DNA of 31,569 nt, taken from Terriglobia bacterium (GTDB taxonomy: Bacteria; Acidobacteriota; Terriglobia; UBA7540). Made by a program: the position numbers and the translations under genes. The DNA is taken from assembly GCA_050018435.1 (NCBI GenBank), contig JBEKAD010000079.1, positions 1 to 31,569 of the forward strand, in the 5' to 3' direction. Below are positions 28,694 to 31,569 of this stretch, one piece after another (positions within the stretch are counted from its first letter, which is position 1; each line of letters opens with the position of its first letter). The notes under the pieces were generated by a model that saw only the letters and a list, made by a program, of their open reading frames with translations, was not told the origin of the DNA and made no database searches.

Positions 28694-29088
28694 CTCGACC
28701 TCCTGCATGATCCTACACTATGGGTATGACTAAGCCGCGGAGCGAATCACCCTCGCGCGCACGGCGGGGGTATTGTAAACGAAATTCGCCTCCCCGGATT
28801 TAGCGGCATAGTTCGATGAAGAATAGGCGATGGCGGAACAACTTCCCAGAAAACCGTCAGCAGCGCATGGCTGTGCTATTTGGATTCAGCTCCGCCCGCC
28901 TTGGCAAGCGACGGTATGGGGCAGGCGAAGAACGGCTTTGCGGCCCAAATAATTCATGCTAATGTGGGTGCGATTTTTTGGTCTGCCGGATGCGGACCAC
29001 TCTTGTACACGATGGGTTCTTCCCGCAGACTTTTGCCTCGCTTGATTAGTCATGTGTGCTGGACTTCATTGGGAGGACAATACGAATC

Positions 29089-31569
29089 ATGCCATCATCA
29101 ATCCGACAGGCTTTACAATGCCTGACCTTTCTCCTAGGTGTCGGCTGCCTGGTAACCTGGGGGCAAACCTTTCAGGGTAGCTTTACAGGAACTGTAATGG
29201 ATCCCACGGGAGCAGTCATCCCGGGTGCCCTCGTGACAATTACAGAAAAAGATAAAGGTTTTTCGCGCAGCGTCAACACCTCCAACGACGGTACCTATCA
29301 GATTCCCCTCCTCCCGCCGGGGCGGTATGTCATTGGCGCCCAGAAAGTGGGCTTCAATAAACTCGAGCGCGGCCCCATGACGCTCCTCGTGAATCAACAC
29401 CTGCGGGTGGACATTTCGCTCAAGGTGGGCCCGCAGGCAACGACCATCACGGTGGAGGCATCTCCCGCCACGGTGGAGAGCCAAACCTCGTCCGTAGGAA
29501 CCACCATCGACGCCCAAAAGGTCAACGAGGTCCCCTTGAACGGACGGAATTTTCTGGAACTCGCGTTGCTGGTGCCCGGCGTATCTCCCGGCACCGCCGG
29601 CAGCGCGGTCAGCACCCGGGGCGGCGGTGGCTCCATCAACGTCAACGGGATGCGCGACTCGATGAATTCCTATTGGCTGGACGGCCTGGATGACACTTCG
29701 GTGGGCGTCGGCCAATATACCGTCGCTCCCCCGCTGGACTCCGTGCAGGAATTCCGCATGGAGACCGGAGTCTATGAGGCCAAGTTTGGCGCCCATGCCG
29801 GGGCCGAAGTCAACATGGTGACCAAATCCGGGACGAATGACGTCCACGGCAGCATCTACGAGTACGTGCGCAACACGGCCTTCGACGCGCGCAATTTCTT
29901 TGACCCTTCCGTGGCCCCCATGCACCGCAATCAGTTCGGCGCGACGCTCGGCGGACCGGCCGTGCTTCCCGGGATCTACGACGGGCACGACCATACGTTT
30001 TTCTTCGTTGCCTACGAGGGCACGCGGGAGCACCGCGATTTTTACGACAATTTCCTGGTGCCTTCCGTCGCGGACCGCCAAGGCGACTTCAGCCCCTCGA
30101 ATCCCTGTGATAGCGCGACGGTGCTGATCAACCCTCTCGCCCTGTTGCAGGGGTCGGTTCAGCCCTTTACCGCCATCAACCAGGTCTTGCCACAGGCGGA
30201 CCCCGCGGGCCAGGGATTAGTGAACCAGTACCCCAAGCCCAACATTGCCAATGCCTCCTGTGGCGCCGCCAACTACACGGCGCTGGTCGACCGGCAGGTC
30301 AATAGCGATACGCTGACCGGACGCGTCGACCATCAGTTCGACACCAAGAACTCACTGTTCGTCCGCTACAGTCTCAACTTTGACCGCGAGTTCTGGCCGT
30401 CAGGCACGGTTCCGGAAAGCACCACGACTCTTCCGGGATATGGCAGGATCTCTCACAATTCCTACCAGATGGGGGGGCTCGATTGGGCACATATCTTCAG
30501 TCCCAAGCTGGTTAACGAGTTGAAGCTGGGGTACAACCGTTGGCAGCTTCGGCAGTCGAATGAAGATCTGGGCAACAACTTGGCTTCAACCCTCGGGATC
30601 ATGGGCGTCAACAAAATCGGGTCGGTTTCGGCCGGTGTCCCCGATATGACCTATTCAGGGTATGCCAGTATTGGCGGAGACCCGAGCGTACCGGAGACTG
30701 GGGCGGTGAATACCTTCCAAATCGGCGACACGCTAACGCACGTCCTGGGAACCCACACGTTGAGCTATGGAGTGGACATGCGCCTGGTCCGGCGGGGTAA
30801 TTTCACCGTCGATAGCAACTACCGCGGATCATACGGGTTCACCGGATTTCTGACCGGAGGCCTGGGACAGTTGAGCACGCAGGAGCAAGCGGGGCTCGCC
30901 GGGCAAATGGGTCTTCCCTGTGCAGCAACCGGCAAATGCCAGTTCGGGAACAGTGTGGCAGACGCTTTGCTTGGCCTTCCCCAATACTGGCTGGACGGAT
31001 TCCAGGAGTACATCTCCGGAGCATTCGGCGAATACGATTTCTTCGTCCAGGATGATTGGCGCGTGCGCCCCCATCTGACCCTGACCCTCGGTTTGCGTTA
31101 CGAGTACAAAAGCCTGGTAACGGAGAAGAACAACAACTTTTCCAACTTCGACTTCAGCAATGGGGAACTGATGGTAGCAGGAACCAATGCCGCAACCTTG
31201 TGGAGCTTTAACCCCACTCAAAATCCCTTCACCGGCCAATTTCAGATTAACCCTCAGCCCTGCACGGCGAAAACCTGCGCCCAACAAACCCTCAACTTGG
31301 GGAGCACGGCGCGCAACCGCGCACTGCAATATCCCGACCGAAAGAACTTTGAGCCGCGCATCGGCATTGCCTGGCAGCCTTTTGGCAACTCCAAAACGGT
31401 TCTGCGCGGCGGATACGGAATCTTCTATGACCAGACCTTTGGCGACGTTTATTTCCAGAAAGCCGCCAATCCCCCCTTCGTCCACCTCAATGAGGGGAAC
31501 GTCGGGCTGGCGCTGTACTCGATCGAGACGGGCGAATATTACCCCGGCACCGGCGGCATTATTCAAAAC
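29089..31569 (+). CDS. TonB-dependent receptor with N-terminal carboxypeptidase-regulatory-like domain (3'-truncated; absent from the ORF track)
   Basis: Translated by hand: frame 1 is open from ATG 29089 to the window end (827 codons). Motifs seen: signal peptide, GTVMDPTGAVIPGA, VPLNGRNFLELALLVPG, SVQEFRM, TKSGTN..HGS.YEY.RN..FDARNFF, RNQFGATLGGP, FFVQDDWRV..LTLTLGLRYEY, NFEPRIGIAW, VLRGGYGIFYD. Confidence 0.95.
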   Translation, partial: MPSSIRQALQCLTFLLGVGCLVTWGQTFQGSFTGTVMDPTGAVIPGALVTITEKDKGFSRSVNTSNDGTYQIPLLPPGRYVIGAQKVGFNKLERGPMTLLVNQHLRVDISLKVGPQATTITVEASPATVESQTSSVGTTIDAQKVNEVPLNGRNFLELALLVPGVSPGTAGSAVSTRGGGGSINVNGMRDSMNSYWLDGLDDTSVGVGQYTVAPPLDSVQEFRMETGVYEAKFGAHAGAEVNMVTKSGTNDVHGSIYEYVRNTAFDARNFFDPSVAPMHRNQFGATLGGPAVLPGIYDGHDHTFFFVAYEGTREHRDFYDNFLVPSVADRQGDFSPSNPCDSATVLINPLALLQGSVQPFTAINQVLPQADPAGQGLVNQYPKPNIANASCGAANYTALVDRQVNSDTLTGRVDHQFDTKNSLFVRYSLNFDREFWPSGTVPESTTTLPGYGRISHNSYQMGGLDWAHIFSPKLVNELKLGYNRWQLRQSNEDLGNNLASTLGIMGVNKIGSVSAGVPDMTYSGYASIGGDPSVPETGAVNTFQIGDTLTHVLGTHTLSYGVDMRLVRRGNFTVDSNYRGSYGFTGFLTGGLGQLSTQEQAGLAGQMGLPCAATGKCQFGNSVADALLGLPQYWLDGFQEYISGAFGEYDFFVQDDWRVRPHLTLTLGLRYEYKSLVTEKNNNFSNFDFSNGELMVAGTNAATLWSFNPTQNPFTGQFQINPQPCTAKTCAQQTLNLGSTARNRALQYPDRKNFEPRIGIAWQPFGNSKTVLRGGYGIFYDQTFGDVYFQKAANPPFVHLNEGNVGLALYSIETGEYYPGTGGIIQN

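Noticed and set aside
29134-29150. Lipoprotein lipobox (LGVGC) in the TonB-dependent receptor signal peptide
   Set aside because: The -3 residue is Gly rather than Leu/Val/Ile, and hydrophobic residues continue to a likely signal peptidase I site before QTF.

Overview
A 31.6-kb GC-rich bacterial window. The gene content points to Acidobacteriota (inference): a GWxTD protein, a CarboxypepD_reg-type TonB-dependent receptor, a MacAB-like ABC system with two permeases, and a PDZ-bearing membrane histidine kinase with a sigma-54 regulator. Gene order from left to right: partial YdjM-like hydrolase, YqaA/DedA membrane protein, uvrA, a small accessory islet (DUF6968-like protein plus a FitA/VapC-type toxin-antitoxin pair), CPBP protease, two tandem PEGA-domain paralogs, and a leftward cluster (GWxTD protein, carboxypeptidase-regulatory outer-membrane protein, split sensor kinase, NtrC-family regulator). 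Divergent from that cluster is a MacA-like adaptor/ATPase/two-permease operon. Then come PAP2 and PHP phosphoesterases divergent from a UgtP/MGDG-synthase-like glycosyltransferase, mtnA, a group II PLP decarboxylase, and a 3'-truncated TonB-dependent receptor that the ORF track misses. The strongest unannotated signal is a 751-bp transposase-less mobile cassette (22722-23472). It has perfect 19-bp terminal inverted repeats and an 8-bp target duplication, and carries a probable TOPRIM/OLD-nuclease fragment plus a 54-codon ORF. Other signals: two apparent deletion-frameshifts (sensor kinase near 12205, second permease at 21357), three 7-bp-period arrays starting just after stop codons, and several REP-like hairpin clusters with compensatory stem changes. 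No rRNA, tRNA, CRISPR array or intact transposase was recognised. Family assignments come from motif recognition only; no database search was run.
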